Source: Truepera sp. (GTDB taxonomy: Bacteria; Deinococcota; Deinococci; Deinococcales; Trueperaceae). Taken from it: a stretch of 64,000 nt of DNA. The notes under the pieces were generated by a model. That model saw only the letters and a program-made list of their open reading frames with translations. It made no database searches and was not told the DNA's origin. Of the stretch, positions 8,774 to 17,385 are shown in pieces. The first letter of the stretch is position 1. Every line of letters starts with the position of its first letter. Position numbers and translations under genes: made by a program. Location: contig CBDCKW010000009.1 in NCBI GenBank assembly GCA_965218435.1, forward strand, positions 2,176,001-2,240,000, read 5' to 3'.

Positions 8774-10204
8774 GTGGACATGAACATCTCCGCAGACGTC
8801 TTTGGCCGAGTTATCACGACTGTCTTTTGTCTCTTGATTACCTTCGGAACTGCCCAGACCGCACCTACTCAGGACAGCCTGACTCCGGCAGACGCTCATC
8901 CGGCAGACGCTCAGACGCTTACAGACAAGGTGACGCCGCAGGGCATCCGCGCACATATGGCGGCCCTACAAAGGGTCGCGGACACGCACGGGGGCAACCG
9001 CGCCGCCGGAACGCCGGGATACGCAGCGTCGGTACGCTACGCCGAACAGACGCTGCGGGCAGCGGGTTATACGGTGCAGCGGCAGCCCTTTACGGTGACG
9101 TTGACCAAGACATTGGCTGAAACCGGGCACACCACAGGTAAAGGTGTGAGTGAAGCGTCATTTGACCCTAACGTGATGGCGGGCTCACCCAATACAGCGG
9201 TGGGCGGCCTCACGGCAGCCTTGGTGCTACCCGAAGACCCCCTCGGCTGCACGGCTGAAACCGAGAGACGGGCTGGTATTCAAAACAAGTTGCGCGGCGC
9301 GGTCGTGCTTATCAAACGCGGTAGCTGCACCTTTGCCCAAAAATCACGAAATGCCGCTGCTGCAGGTGCGGTCGCCGCACTGATCTATAACGATGAGCAG
9401 GACGGTCCCCTTTTTGGGTCGCTCGGTGACGCGCCTGAACCCGACGTTGTTCCGACCGCGGGTTTAACCCAAAAGATGGGCAAACAGCTGGTAGAGAGGC
9501 TCAAACGCGAGACGGTGAGGGTGAGGCTCGAGCTCCGCGTTTCACGGATGACCCGCAGAACGGCCAACGTCATTGCCGAACTTCCCGGTACGGCTCAAAG
9601 CGTCGTCATGGTCGGGGCTCACCTCGACTCGGTACCTGGAGGCCCCGGTATCAACGACAACGGCAGCGGCGTCGGACTGGTTTTAGAGCTTGCTCGAGGA
9701 CTAGCCCAAGAACAAGGAGTACGTTTCGCTCTCTGGGGCGCTGAAGAACTCGGTTTGTTAGGTTCAGAGCATTATATCGGCAGCCTCTCCCCCGCCGAGC
9801 TAAAAACTATTCGGGCGTATCTGAACTTCGACATGCTCAGCTCACGGAACGCTGCCCCCTTCGCTTACGGCGACCCGGCGCTGACCGAGCTGTTTACGGA
9901 AACTTTTGCGGCGCAGGGCCTGACGCTGCTGCCCGACGCTGTGGGCGGTAGGTCCGACCACGCCCCTTTCGAGGCGGCGGGCGTCCCGGTGGCGGGGCTG
10001 TTTAGCGGCGCGGAAGGGCTTAAACCGGAGGGTGAGGTCAACCGTTATGGGGGTGACGCGGCTCCTTACGACGCGTGTTATCACCGGGCGTGCGACACCT
10101 TGAAGAGCTCGAGCACGCCCACCGCGACCCGTTATTTAGACCTTATGGCCGGCGCTGCCGCCGACGCGCTAGAGCACCTACTTAGCCAGCAAACGACCGA
10201 GTAG
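8774..10204 (+). CDS. Secreted M28-family aminopeptidase with PA domain
   Basis: Signal peptide, GNRAAGTPGY and the PA-domain motif RGSCTF. Zinc-site motifs GAHLDSV, GINDNGSG, GAEELGLLGS, NFDM, RSDH and YH. Confidence 0.92.
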   Translation: MDMNISADVFGRVITTVFCLLITFGTAQTAPTQDSLTPADAHPADAQTLTDKVTPQGIRAHMAALQRVADTHGGNRAAGTPGYAASVRYAEQTLRAAGYTVQRQPFTVTLTKTLAETGHTTGKGVSEASFDPNVMAGSPNTAVGGLTAALVLPEDPLGCTAETERRAGIQNKLRGAVVLIKRGSCTFAQKSRNAAAAGAVAALIYNDEQDGPLFGSLGDAPEPDVVPTAGLTQKMGKQLVERLKRETVRVRLELRVSRMTRRTANVIAELPGTAQSVVMVGAHLDSVPGGPGINDNGSGVGLVLELARGLAQEQGVRFALWGAEELGLLGSEHYIGSLSPAELKTIRAYLNFDMLSSRNAAPFAYGDPALTELFTETFAAQGLTLLPDAVGGRSDHAPFEAAGVPVAGLFSGAEGLKPEGEVNRYGGDAAPYDACYHRACDTLKSSSTPTATRYLDLMAGAAADALEHLLSQQTTE

Positions 10205-10419
10205 CTTCAGAGTAGTTAGCACCGGTTCAACTTCCAGAAGCTATTTCAAACCTCTTTTTGTGCCCTCAACGAGCTGCGCTGGGTCTTGGTCTTTTTGAGT
10301 ACATGAGAACCGCTGTTCTTTTGAGCGAGCTACCGGCTAGGTTCTTTATGCTGACTGCTTGCTGCTGAATGACACGCTGCCACTCGAGCCGAGTCTGCCG
10401 AGTCTAAGGTCAACCAAAC

Positions 10420-11766
10420 CTAGTCGGTCGCTGCAGGTCTGAGCTCGGTAGAAGAGGTCTCGAGCGCCTGTAACCGCCCCAGTACAGCACGGCTCGAGTA
10501 CGCCAGCCAGAGCACCTGGGCGGCGCTTCCGGCAACGAAGGCCACGGTGACCACATAAAGCCCTGGGAACCTCCCGAAGAGCGCCCCGCCCCCGAGCAGC
10601 AGCACGCTAAACAAGAGCGAGACCAAGACCGACTGCGTGACGCGCTGCGTCTCACCGCTGTAGACCAAAATACCCTGATAGTAGCTCTGGTAGATCGTCA
10701 GTGCAGGCCACGCGCAGGCGAGTAAAAGACCGGTGCTCGCCAAAGAGACCAGCTCCGGTTTAAGGCTCAAAATGACGCCGAAATAGCCCCGAGCGAGGGG
10801 TGTAAGCGCCACGAAGAGCAGCAGGGCGCTCATCAGACCCGCGCTGAGGAGCGCAAAGCGGCGCAGGCTCCGCAACGCCCCAGGGGTCTCGAGGCTCGCA
10901 ACCACCACCTCGTTATAGGCCATGCCCATCCCCCGAAACAGAAAGATAAACGACGCCAGCACCGGCCACGCCGCCAAGGACTCGAGGGCCAGTGGCATCC
11001 GGCTGAGCGCCGCGCTCCCAAGCGGTTGGACGAGTAGGAGAAGCAGACTCGTCAGGGCCAGCGGCGTATAAAACCGTGAAAAGACCGGCCGGGTGAGCGG
11101 CTCCGGTTCGCCCTCGGCGCTATCAGGCAACCCGTAACGAACGATGGGCCGCACCCGCACCCCGATAAAAAGCGCCTCGGCAACCACCCCGGTCACAACG
11201 CCCAGGGTGCCGATAACGATGCCCGGTGCGCGCAGCGCCAGCCCTAGTGCGCACCCCAGCAAAATCGCACCGAGCCGGATAACCGTCCCGATACTGACGG
11301 TCAGCGAACGGTTGTTACGAATCAGCACGCCTTGGTGAAAGCGGCGGTAGGCGATAGACCAGGTAAAGGGCAACATGATCATCAGCCCCCAACGAGCCGG
11401 TTCGACGACCTCAGCGGGCGGTTGTAACAGCCGGACGATCACCAGATCATAGAGCGGCGTAAAGGCCAACAGACCGTGCAGCACCGTCAGGCTTAGGCCG
11501 GAGAGCATCATAAAGCGGTAGATAAACCGGTACGAGTCTTTGGTTCTAGAGAGCGCGGTCGAAGCGGTAAGCAGCATCATAATGGGCGCTTCGATCAACC
11601 ATGAAAGCGGAAACACCACGCCGCCCAGCGCCGCGAGTTGAACCGTCGGGTCAGCCAGCCGCGCAATTAGCGCCCCGACCAGAGGCTGCTCGACGCTCAT
11701 AAAAAGCCAGCTTGCAGCCAGCGGCCACCAGGTTACAAAAATAGCGCGGAGAGGAAGCGGACGCAT
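10420..11766 (-). CDS. MATE/ANKH-like polytopic membrane transporter
   Basis: About 12 hydrophobic segments with two-fold internal similarity (WWPLAASW / YTPLALTS). Start set at ATG 11766, behind a TAGGCT -10 element. Confidence 0.7.
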   Translation of the reverse strand: MRPLPLRAIFVTWWPLAASWLFMSVEQPLVGALIARLADPTVQLAALGGVVFPLSWLIEAPIMMLLTASTALSRTKDSYRFIYRFMMLSGLSLTVLHGLLAFTPLYDLVIVRLLQPPAEVVEPARWGLMIMLPFTWSIAYRRFHQGVLIRNNRSLTVSIGTVIRLGAILLGCALGLALRAPGIVIGTLGVVTGVVAEALFIGVRVRPIVRYGLPDSAEGEPEPLTRPVFSRFYTPLALTSLLLLLVQPLGSAALSRMPLALESLAAWPVLASFIFLFRGMGMAYNEVVVASLETPGALRSLRRFALLSAGLMSALLLFVALTPLARGYFGVILSLKPELVSLASTGLLLACAWPALTIYQSYYQGILVYSGETQRVTQSVLVSLLFSVLLLGGGALFGRFPGLYVVTVAFVAGSAAQVLWLAYSSRAVLGRLQALETSSTELRPAATD

Positions 11767-12168
11767 ACGCTTAAGCCTACCCAACCGGGAGCAGCCGACC
11801 TGCAAAAGCGCGATACATAACCCGCCGCATTCTCACACCGATGACCCGCAACCAGCTGTGTTTATAATAAGCAGAGGTCTAGTACTTAGGACGCAAGGAG
11901 GTCTAGCACCTGGTACATCAAGTGCTGCTACGCCAGATGTTGCTACGCCAGGTGCAGTGCGGGCAAAAAACGAACTCAGTTGTAGCTCGTAAGGTTGACT
12001 TCGTGTGCTTGCAAGCTGGGGTGATGTTACTCAGCCACCTGTTACTCAGACGCCAAGTATCTAAGTAACAAGTAGACGGGGCAGTAAGCTGCAAAAAGCC
12101 GCGCGTTAGCGTTTAGAACCTTTTTGTAGGGCGCTTTTACCGGTAAGAAACTGTAGGAAGGTGCTGAC

Positions 12169-13110
12169 TTGCACACCAAAGTAACACTTCATGGGCTCGA
12201 GCTCTACCGGGCGGGCAGCTACGCCGAGACGGTTCGTTCACGTAGCGGCGAGGTCGGTTTACGCGTCACCGAACCGGGCCTCGAGCTGATGGAAGGCCGG
12301 TTAGAAGCGGGCGAACGCCTGACAATTTTGCCACCGAATTTCGACGGACTCACCGGCCCTGAGAGCTACACCGAAGTCTATTATGTGCTGGCAGGCCGGT
12401 TAAAAACCGGTGCGGCCAAAGCCGAGTTCTTGGGGCCGGGGGACGTGCTCGTCGCCCATGAGCTGCAAGAACCGGTGATCTTTACTGTAGAACGCGACGT
12501 TACCTTTTTGTGTGTCACGACTCAACCTACATTTCACGAAGTGTCGGAGATTTTACGAGAGCTTAAAAGCCTAGCTGACAAAGTTGAGCTCAAAGACAAA
12601 GGGTCTTCGGACCACTGCAAACGGGTCCGCGAACTCGCGCTGCAGATGGGCCGACGCTTGGGGCTGTCCGACCACCGCCTCCTGCTTCTTGACTATAGCG
12701 CGTACCTGCACGACCTCGGCAAAGTCGAGGTACCCGCAGACATCCTCTTAAAACCCGGCGCACTCAGCGCCACAGAGTGGGCGATCATCAAGCAGCATCC
12801 GGCGCACGGCAGAGAAATGGTTGAAAAGACCTTTATGCACGAGATCGGGCCGATTATCGAACAGCACCACGAACGCTTTGACGGCGGCGGTTACCCCTAT
12901 GGTTTAGCGGGTGACGACGTCTTGATTGAGAGTTATATCGTGGCTGTGGCCGACGCTTATGACGCGATGACCAACGACCGTCCCTATCACACGGCGATCT
13001 CTAAACTTCAAGCGGTAGCCGAAATTGTGAGGGGAAGTAATAGCCGCTACCCGATAGACGTGGTTCAGGCTTTTTTAGATAGTTTAGACAATTTAGGCAA
13101 TATCGTGTAA
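12169..13110 (+). CDS. HD-GYP cyclic-dinucleotide phosphodiesterase with an N-terminal cupin-like domain
   Basis: DHCKRV, YLHDLGK, HHERFDGGGYPYGL and VADAYDAMTNDRPY. The N-terminal EVYYVLAGRL...LGPGD pattern is cupin-like. Confidence 0.9.
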   Translation: MHTKVTLHGLELYRAGSYAETVRSRSGEVGLRVTEPGLELMEGRLEAGERLTILPPNFDGLTGPESYTEVYYVLAGRLKTGAAKAEFLGPGDVLVAHELQEPVIFTVERDVTFLCVTTQPTFHEVSEILRELKSLADKVELKDKGSSDHCKRVRELALQMGRRLGLSDHRLLLLDYSAYLHDLGKVEVPADILLKPGALSATEWAIIKQHPAHGREMVEKTFMHEIGPIIEQHHERFDGGGYPYGLAGDDVLIESYIVAVADAYDAMTNDRPYHTAISKLQAVAEIVRGSNSRYPIDVVQAFLDSLDNLGNIV

Positions 13111-13268
13111 ACTACATGAGCGTTGGAGTAACTGTCTGAGCAATCACCGTACTGAGAGCCAATCCTGCAGCTACCGTCTCAGGAAATAGCTAAACGCTTT
13201 ACCCTCTCAGAACTGCTTAAACCAGCTCCGAACGCTTGCGATCAGGTAGCTGCCGCGCTGGGGGAAAC

Positions 13269-13586
13269 ATGCTTAAACGCTCGGTACTAGCCCTAAGTTT
13301 CGTCCTTCTCATTCTCACGGGTTGTCAAGTGCAGCCAAAGTCATCCCTCGAGCCCATTGATTACGATCCTAGTCAAGACGTTTACGTCGTTTTTCACGGA
13401 GAGCACTTCGACGACGCCACCAAATTCTTGCCGGCTGAACTTATCAGCGAGTTAGCCTTTGATTTGCAAGAGGGCACCCACGACAACATCACTGACGTGT
13501 CGGGTGCCGAAGTTGACCACTACTACATCTGGCTCTGTTTAGCCGACGCCTGTTTACCTGTTGACCCGTTTACCTTTAGCAGTTAG
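13269..13586 (+). CDS. Small acidic lipoprotein of unknown function
   Basis: SD GGGGGA before ATG 13269 and a lipobox LTGC. The mature part is rich in D/E/H and has a CLADAC motif. Confidence 0.8.
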   Translation: MLKRSVLALSFVLLILTGCQVQPKSSLEPIDYDPSQDVYVVFHGEHFDDATKFLPAELISELAFDLQEGTHDNITDVSGAEVDHYYIWLCLADACLPVDPFTFSS

Positions 13587-13606
13587 CCTGAATTAAGGCT
13601 TAGCGA

Positions 13607-13639
13607 AGGGGGCTCGAGTTCGCTCGACCCCCTCTTTTT
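13607..13639 (+). terminator. Intrinsic terminator between convergent genes
   Basis: AGGGGG-c-TCGAG, TTCG loop, CTCGACCCCCT, then CTTTTT. Confidence 0.8.
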
Positions 13640-13652
13640 GGCATAATCTTCG

Positions 13653-15080
13653 CTATAACATCAGCTTTGCACCGGGTTCAACAACCTCAGGTAGCTCTAA
13701 CCCCTGCAAATCTTCAGCACAGAGCGCCGTTAGCGGGCTAATTTCTATCACGGCGTCTACTTCACCGTCTTTATAGGGGATGTTGACGCCGCACGCCTCC
13801 AACCAGTGCGCGGCCCGTAAAGTCTGCAGTTTTTGGCTGCTCTGGGGTGAGTCGTTGCCTTCGGCATTTTTAATCGGCGCAAACTCTTCGACCCGGTCGG
13901 TTTCTAAGATAATGCTGCGGGCCGCTAACGGCAGCGCGTCGAAGATAAAGCGCTCGAGCTTAACCGCGTTAGGCGCAGCCGGGTTGACGCGTTCGCCGGT
14001 AGTCGGGTTGATATAAGGCACAGCTTTTTCAGCGCGGTGAAAAGGGAGCCCCAAGCGGTCGCCTTTGCCTTTGGTCAGCCGCCGCGCGAACGCGACTGAG
14101 ATCATGTGAATAGCTACCGAACCCGCACCGAATTTGAGCGCCCCAGCTTCGTCTTTTAGTACGGCGAGCGCATCGGGCAAATCCGAGTATTCGATCACAC
14201 AGGGCTTGCCGTCGTCTACACAAAAAACGCCGACTTTTTCTTTAGGATTCGCCTTACGGAGCATTTTGGATGACATCTCCGCGCCGTTCTCGGCGTGTAG
14301 ACCAACAAAGAGCGGGTCAATGCAGTGTACATTTGGGTTGTCCACCTGAAAGTACGAGATTTGCGTGACGCCGCGCCGGATCATATCATCGAGCGCACCG
14401 TTTTTAGCAAGCGCACTGAGGCTGCCGCCGTGCCCGTCCGGATTCGTCGCCAGCGCGTATTTCTCGGCAAGTAGCAGGTTCCCAGCAGGGCTAAAACTCG
14501 GCATCATCCCCTGCCGAAACAGCTTGACGTTTTCGTAAGCCAAGCCGAAATAGTCGTGCGCTTCGAAAAAGTCTTGCGTCACCGCGTGGTTGGTTTCGCT
14601 GGTCATGATGTACCAAGGCACCGGCGCACCGAACAGCTCTTGGGTTTTGCGGAGCTGTTCGGCGAAGAGCTGAAAGAGCGATTTGCGGCTCAGCGGCGTC
14701 GCCGGAAAGGTGCCTTTGGGGTCGTCCCACCCTAAACGCGTACCTTGCCCGCCCGCAACCGTAAAGGCGGCGACCTGACCGGCGCGGATGAGCATCTCAC
14801 CAAAAGCGCGGGCGCGGCTGTACACGGCTGGGTTCTCAGGCGTAAACGCGTAGTAAGGGGCAGGCTCGAGCGACTCAGGGACGCTCATATCGGGTTTTTG
14901 CCGGACATGCGTCTCGACGAGTTCAGCGAGGTAGTCCCAGTTGAGCGCCGTGAGCTGGTCTAAAAGTGCGGCCTGCTGCTGCTTTGTAAGCTCAGAATAA
15001 AAGTTCAGCAGCTGTTCTTGCTTGTTCGTTGTTAGAAGTTGCCGAACCTCTCCCAGCCTACTTGTGGTCGTTTCACCCAT
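13653..15080 (-). CDS. UDPGP type 1 family nucleotidyltransferase (UAP1-like UDP-N-acetylhexosamine pyrophosphorylase)
   Basis: Motifs AGGQGTRLG..PKG, SLFQL, WYIMTS, PDGHGG, QVDNP, EYSD, KLERFIFD and EEFAPIKN. Confidence 0.9.
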   Translation of the reverse strand: MGETTTSRLGEVRQLLTTNKQEQLLNFYSELTKQQQAALLDQLTALNWDYLAELVETHVRQKPDMSVPESLEPAPYYAFTPENPAVYSRARAFGEMLIRAGQVAAFTVAGGQGTRLGWDDPKGTFPATPLSRKSLFQLFAEQLRKTQELFGAPVPWYIMTSETNHAVTQDFFEAHDYFGLAYENVKLFRQGMMPSFSPAGNLLLAEKYALATNPDGHGGSLSALAKNGALDDMIRRGVTQISYFQVDNPNVHCIDPLFVGLHAENGAEMSSKMLRKANPKEKVGVFCVDDGKPCVIEYSDLPDALAVLKDEAGALKFGAGSVAIHMISVAFARRLTKGKGDRLGLPFHRAEKAVPYINPTTGERVNPAAPNAVKLERFIFDALPLAARSIILETDRVEEFAPIKNAEGNDSPQSSQKLQTLRAAHWLEACGVNIPYKDGEVDAVIEISPLTALCAEDLQGLELPEVVEPGAKLML

Positions 15081-15387
15081 CCCGTCCCCTCGAGTCTTAC
15101 ACAGTTTTTTGTCTATCTTATACCGTCTTAAGTGCTGTTGCCTTTTATAAGGTCGCCTTGCTAAGGCTTGCTCCGGCAGTTTAACGCAGCGCCTTGGGTT
15201 AAGTGTGTACGTTTAGCCCAGAACGGCCCATGACTTTTTTCGCATATTTGCAGACGTCTCGCTTTTACCAAGGTCGTCTTTTTGTTTCAGCTCTCAGGGC
15301 CGAGCGTAACCGTAAAAGCTCGGCTCCAGTCCGCCCCAGGTCGTGCCCACGCCGAAACCACCTTCCGAGTGGCGCTACAATACCCTT

Positions 15388-16536
15388 ATGACCGTCTCAA
15401 CCCCCGCCGACTTCCGCGTCCAAGACGCCGCGCTGTTGCCTTTAGCCGACAAAGTTTTAGCGGGGCAGCGGCTCACTTTTGCCGAAGGGATGACGCTCTT
15501 TCATACACCCGACCTGCCGAGCGTCGCCCGCTTAGCCGACGCGGTGCGGAGGCGTTTGGTCGGCGACCAAGCCTACTTCGTCCACTCGCTCAGGCTCTCG
15601 CAGACGAACGTCTGCTACGTCGGCTGCACTTTTTGCGGTTTTCAGCGTAAACTCGGCGAAGCGGGCGTTTGGGACATGGAACTAGGCGACGTTTGGGCGT
15701 ATGTAGACGAGCACTATCACCCCGACCTGACTGAGATTCACATCTCGTCGGGGCACCATCCGAAGCGGAAGTTCGACTACTACCTGGATTTGGTGCGCGG
15801 CCTGACTGAGCGCGGCTATCAGGTCAAAGCGTGGACGGCGGCGGAAATCCACCACTTCAGCAAGATCACCCGGCCCCGTATGAGCTACCGTGAGGTTTTG
15901 AGCGAGCTTAAAGCTGCTGGGCTGATTGCGCTACCGGGCGGCGGCGCGGAGATTTTTGCCGAACCGGTGCGGCAGCGTATCGCGCGGGCCAAAGTGACGG
16001 CGGAAGGGTGGCTCGAGGTTCACCGCACCGCCCATGAGTTGGGCCTCCCCACCAACGCCACGATGCTTTACGGCCACGTCGAAACCTTAGAAGACCGCAT
16101 GGACCACATGCTCCGGCTGCGCACGCTACAAGACGAAACCGGCGGCTTTATGTCGTTTATCCCGCTTGCCTTTCAGCCTGATAACAATGACCTGGCCCGC
16201 GAACTCAATAAAAGCGAATTTACGACCGGTTTGGACGACCTGCGCAACCTAGCGGTCGCCCGCATCATGCTCGACAACGTGCCGCATATTAAGGGCTACT
16301 GGATTATGATCACGCCCGAACTGGCGCAGGTGACGCTCTCGGCGGGTGTCTCCGACATTGACGGCACCATCAAAGACGAACGCATTGCGCACGCGTCGGG
16401 AGCCTCGACGGACAAAGGGATGACCGAAGCGCAACTGGTGCAGCTGATTCAAGATGCAGGGCGAGTTCCGGTGCGGCGTGACGCGCTTTACAATGAACTC
16501 AAGGTTTTTGAACGTGAACCAGCTCTCGCCGGTTAG
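15388..16536 (+). CDS. mqnE: Aminofutalosine synthase MqnE (radical SAM)
   Basis: TNVCYVGCTFC, LPGGGAEIF, NATMLYGH, FIPLAFQP and HIKGYW. The gene is adjacent to mqnA. Confidence 0.92.
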   Translation: MTVSTPADFRVQDAALLPLADKVLAGQRLTFAEGMTLFHTPDLPSVARLADAVRRRLVGDQAYFVHSLRLSQTNVCYVGCTFCGFQRKLGEAGVWDMELGDVWAYVDEHYHPDLTEIHISSGHHPKRKFDYYLDLVRGLTERGYQVKAWTAAEIHHFSKITRPRMSYREVLSELKAAGLIALPGGGAEIFAEPVRQRIARAKVTAEGWLEVHRTAHELGLPTNATMLYGHVETLEDRMDHMLRLRTLQDETGGFMSFIPLAFQPDNNDLARELNKSEFTTGLDDLRNLAVARIMLDNVPHIKGYWIMITPELAQVTLSAGVSDIDGTIKDERIAHASGASTDKGMTEAQLVQLIQDAGRVPVRRDALYNELKVFEREPALAG

Positions 16537-17353
16537 CCCAAACAAGATACAGACCGAGCGCCTCGGCATCGTCTCTTATACGAACGTTGCGCCGCTGCAC
16601 TGGGGTCTTGCGCCGTGGCCCGGAGCCTCATTCGTCCGGGGTGTGCCGACTGAACTCAACCGGCAGCTTCTAAACGGTGAGATTGACCTGACACTGGTCT
16701 CCTCCATCGAATTTTTACGGCACCGCGACACGCTGCGGTCGCTACCCGATTTTTCAATTGCGACACTCGGCCCGGTCTACAGCGTGATGCTCTTTCACTG
16801 GGAGCCGTGGGAAAGCTTGACGGGTAAAAAAATCGCCCTCACGACCGATTCAGCGACGAGCGTCCAACTCTTAAAGGTTTTGCTTGCCGGAACTGGCATT
16901 GACGCCGAGTTCGTCCCAATGGCCCCTGATTTAGACACGATGTTAAAAACTTGTGACGCGGCGCTCCTGATTGGCGACTTGGCGCTGCAAGAAGCCGTCG
17001 CCAAACGCGCCGTCAACGGTCACAAGCCGCTCATCACCGATCTCGGCGAAGCGTGGTACGAGCTGACCAAACTACCTTTTACCTTTGCGGTGTGGGCGTC
17101 GCGTCAAGACAAACCGCCCTCAGAGCTTTTAGTCGCTAAGTTGCGCGCGGCGCGTGAACACGGCTTAGGCGAATTGGCCGCTGTGTCGCGCCCCGAAGCG
17201 GTTAAGCTGGGTGTGTCGGAGAGTGTGGTGCAGCGGTATCTGGGGAACTTTCGGTATTACCTCGAGCCCCCCGACCGCGACGGGCTGTTAGCGTTTGCCG
17301 AACGGAGCCTCGCAGGATTTCGGGAAGACGAGCTGAGTTTTTGGAATCTCTAA
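16514..17353 (+). CDS. mqnA: Chorismate dehydratase MqnA (futalosine pathway)
   Basis: YTNVAPL, GVPTELN, VYSV, SATS, LLIGD, DLGEAW..LTKLPFTFAVW. The start codon is uncertain. Confidence 0.9.
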   Translation: MNQLSPVSPNKIQTERLGIVSYTNVAPLHWGLAPWPGASFVRGVPTELNRQLLNGEIDLTLVSSIEFLRHRDTLRSLPDFSIATLGPVYSVMLFHWEPWESLTGKKIALTTDSATSVQLLKVLLAGTGIDAEFVPMAPDLDTMLKTCDAALLIGDLALQEAVAKRAVNGHKPLITDLGEAWYELTKLPFTFAVWASRQDKPPSELLVAKLRAAREHGLGELAAVSRPEAVKLGVSESVVQRYLGNFRYYLEPPDRDGLLAFAERSLAGFREDELSFWNL

Positions 17354-17385
17354 AAGCCGCTAGACGGTCAAGCGGAGGGCGGTAC

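Noticed and set aside
11885..11910. GGACGCAA...GGTCTA resembles part of a c-di-GMP-I (GEMM) riboswitch
   Set aside because: The upstream GGCAAA and GNRA-capped stem are absent and the spacing is wrong.
13150..13268. CTGAGA and GATCAGG...GGGAA, reminiscent of TPP or glycine riboswitches
   Set aside because: The conserved cores and pairings are not reproduced, and there is no thiamine or glycine gene context.
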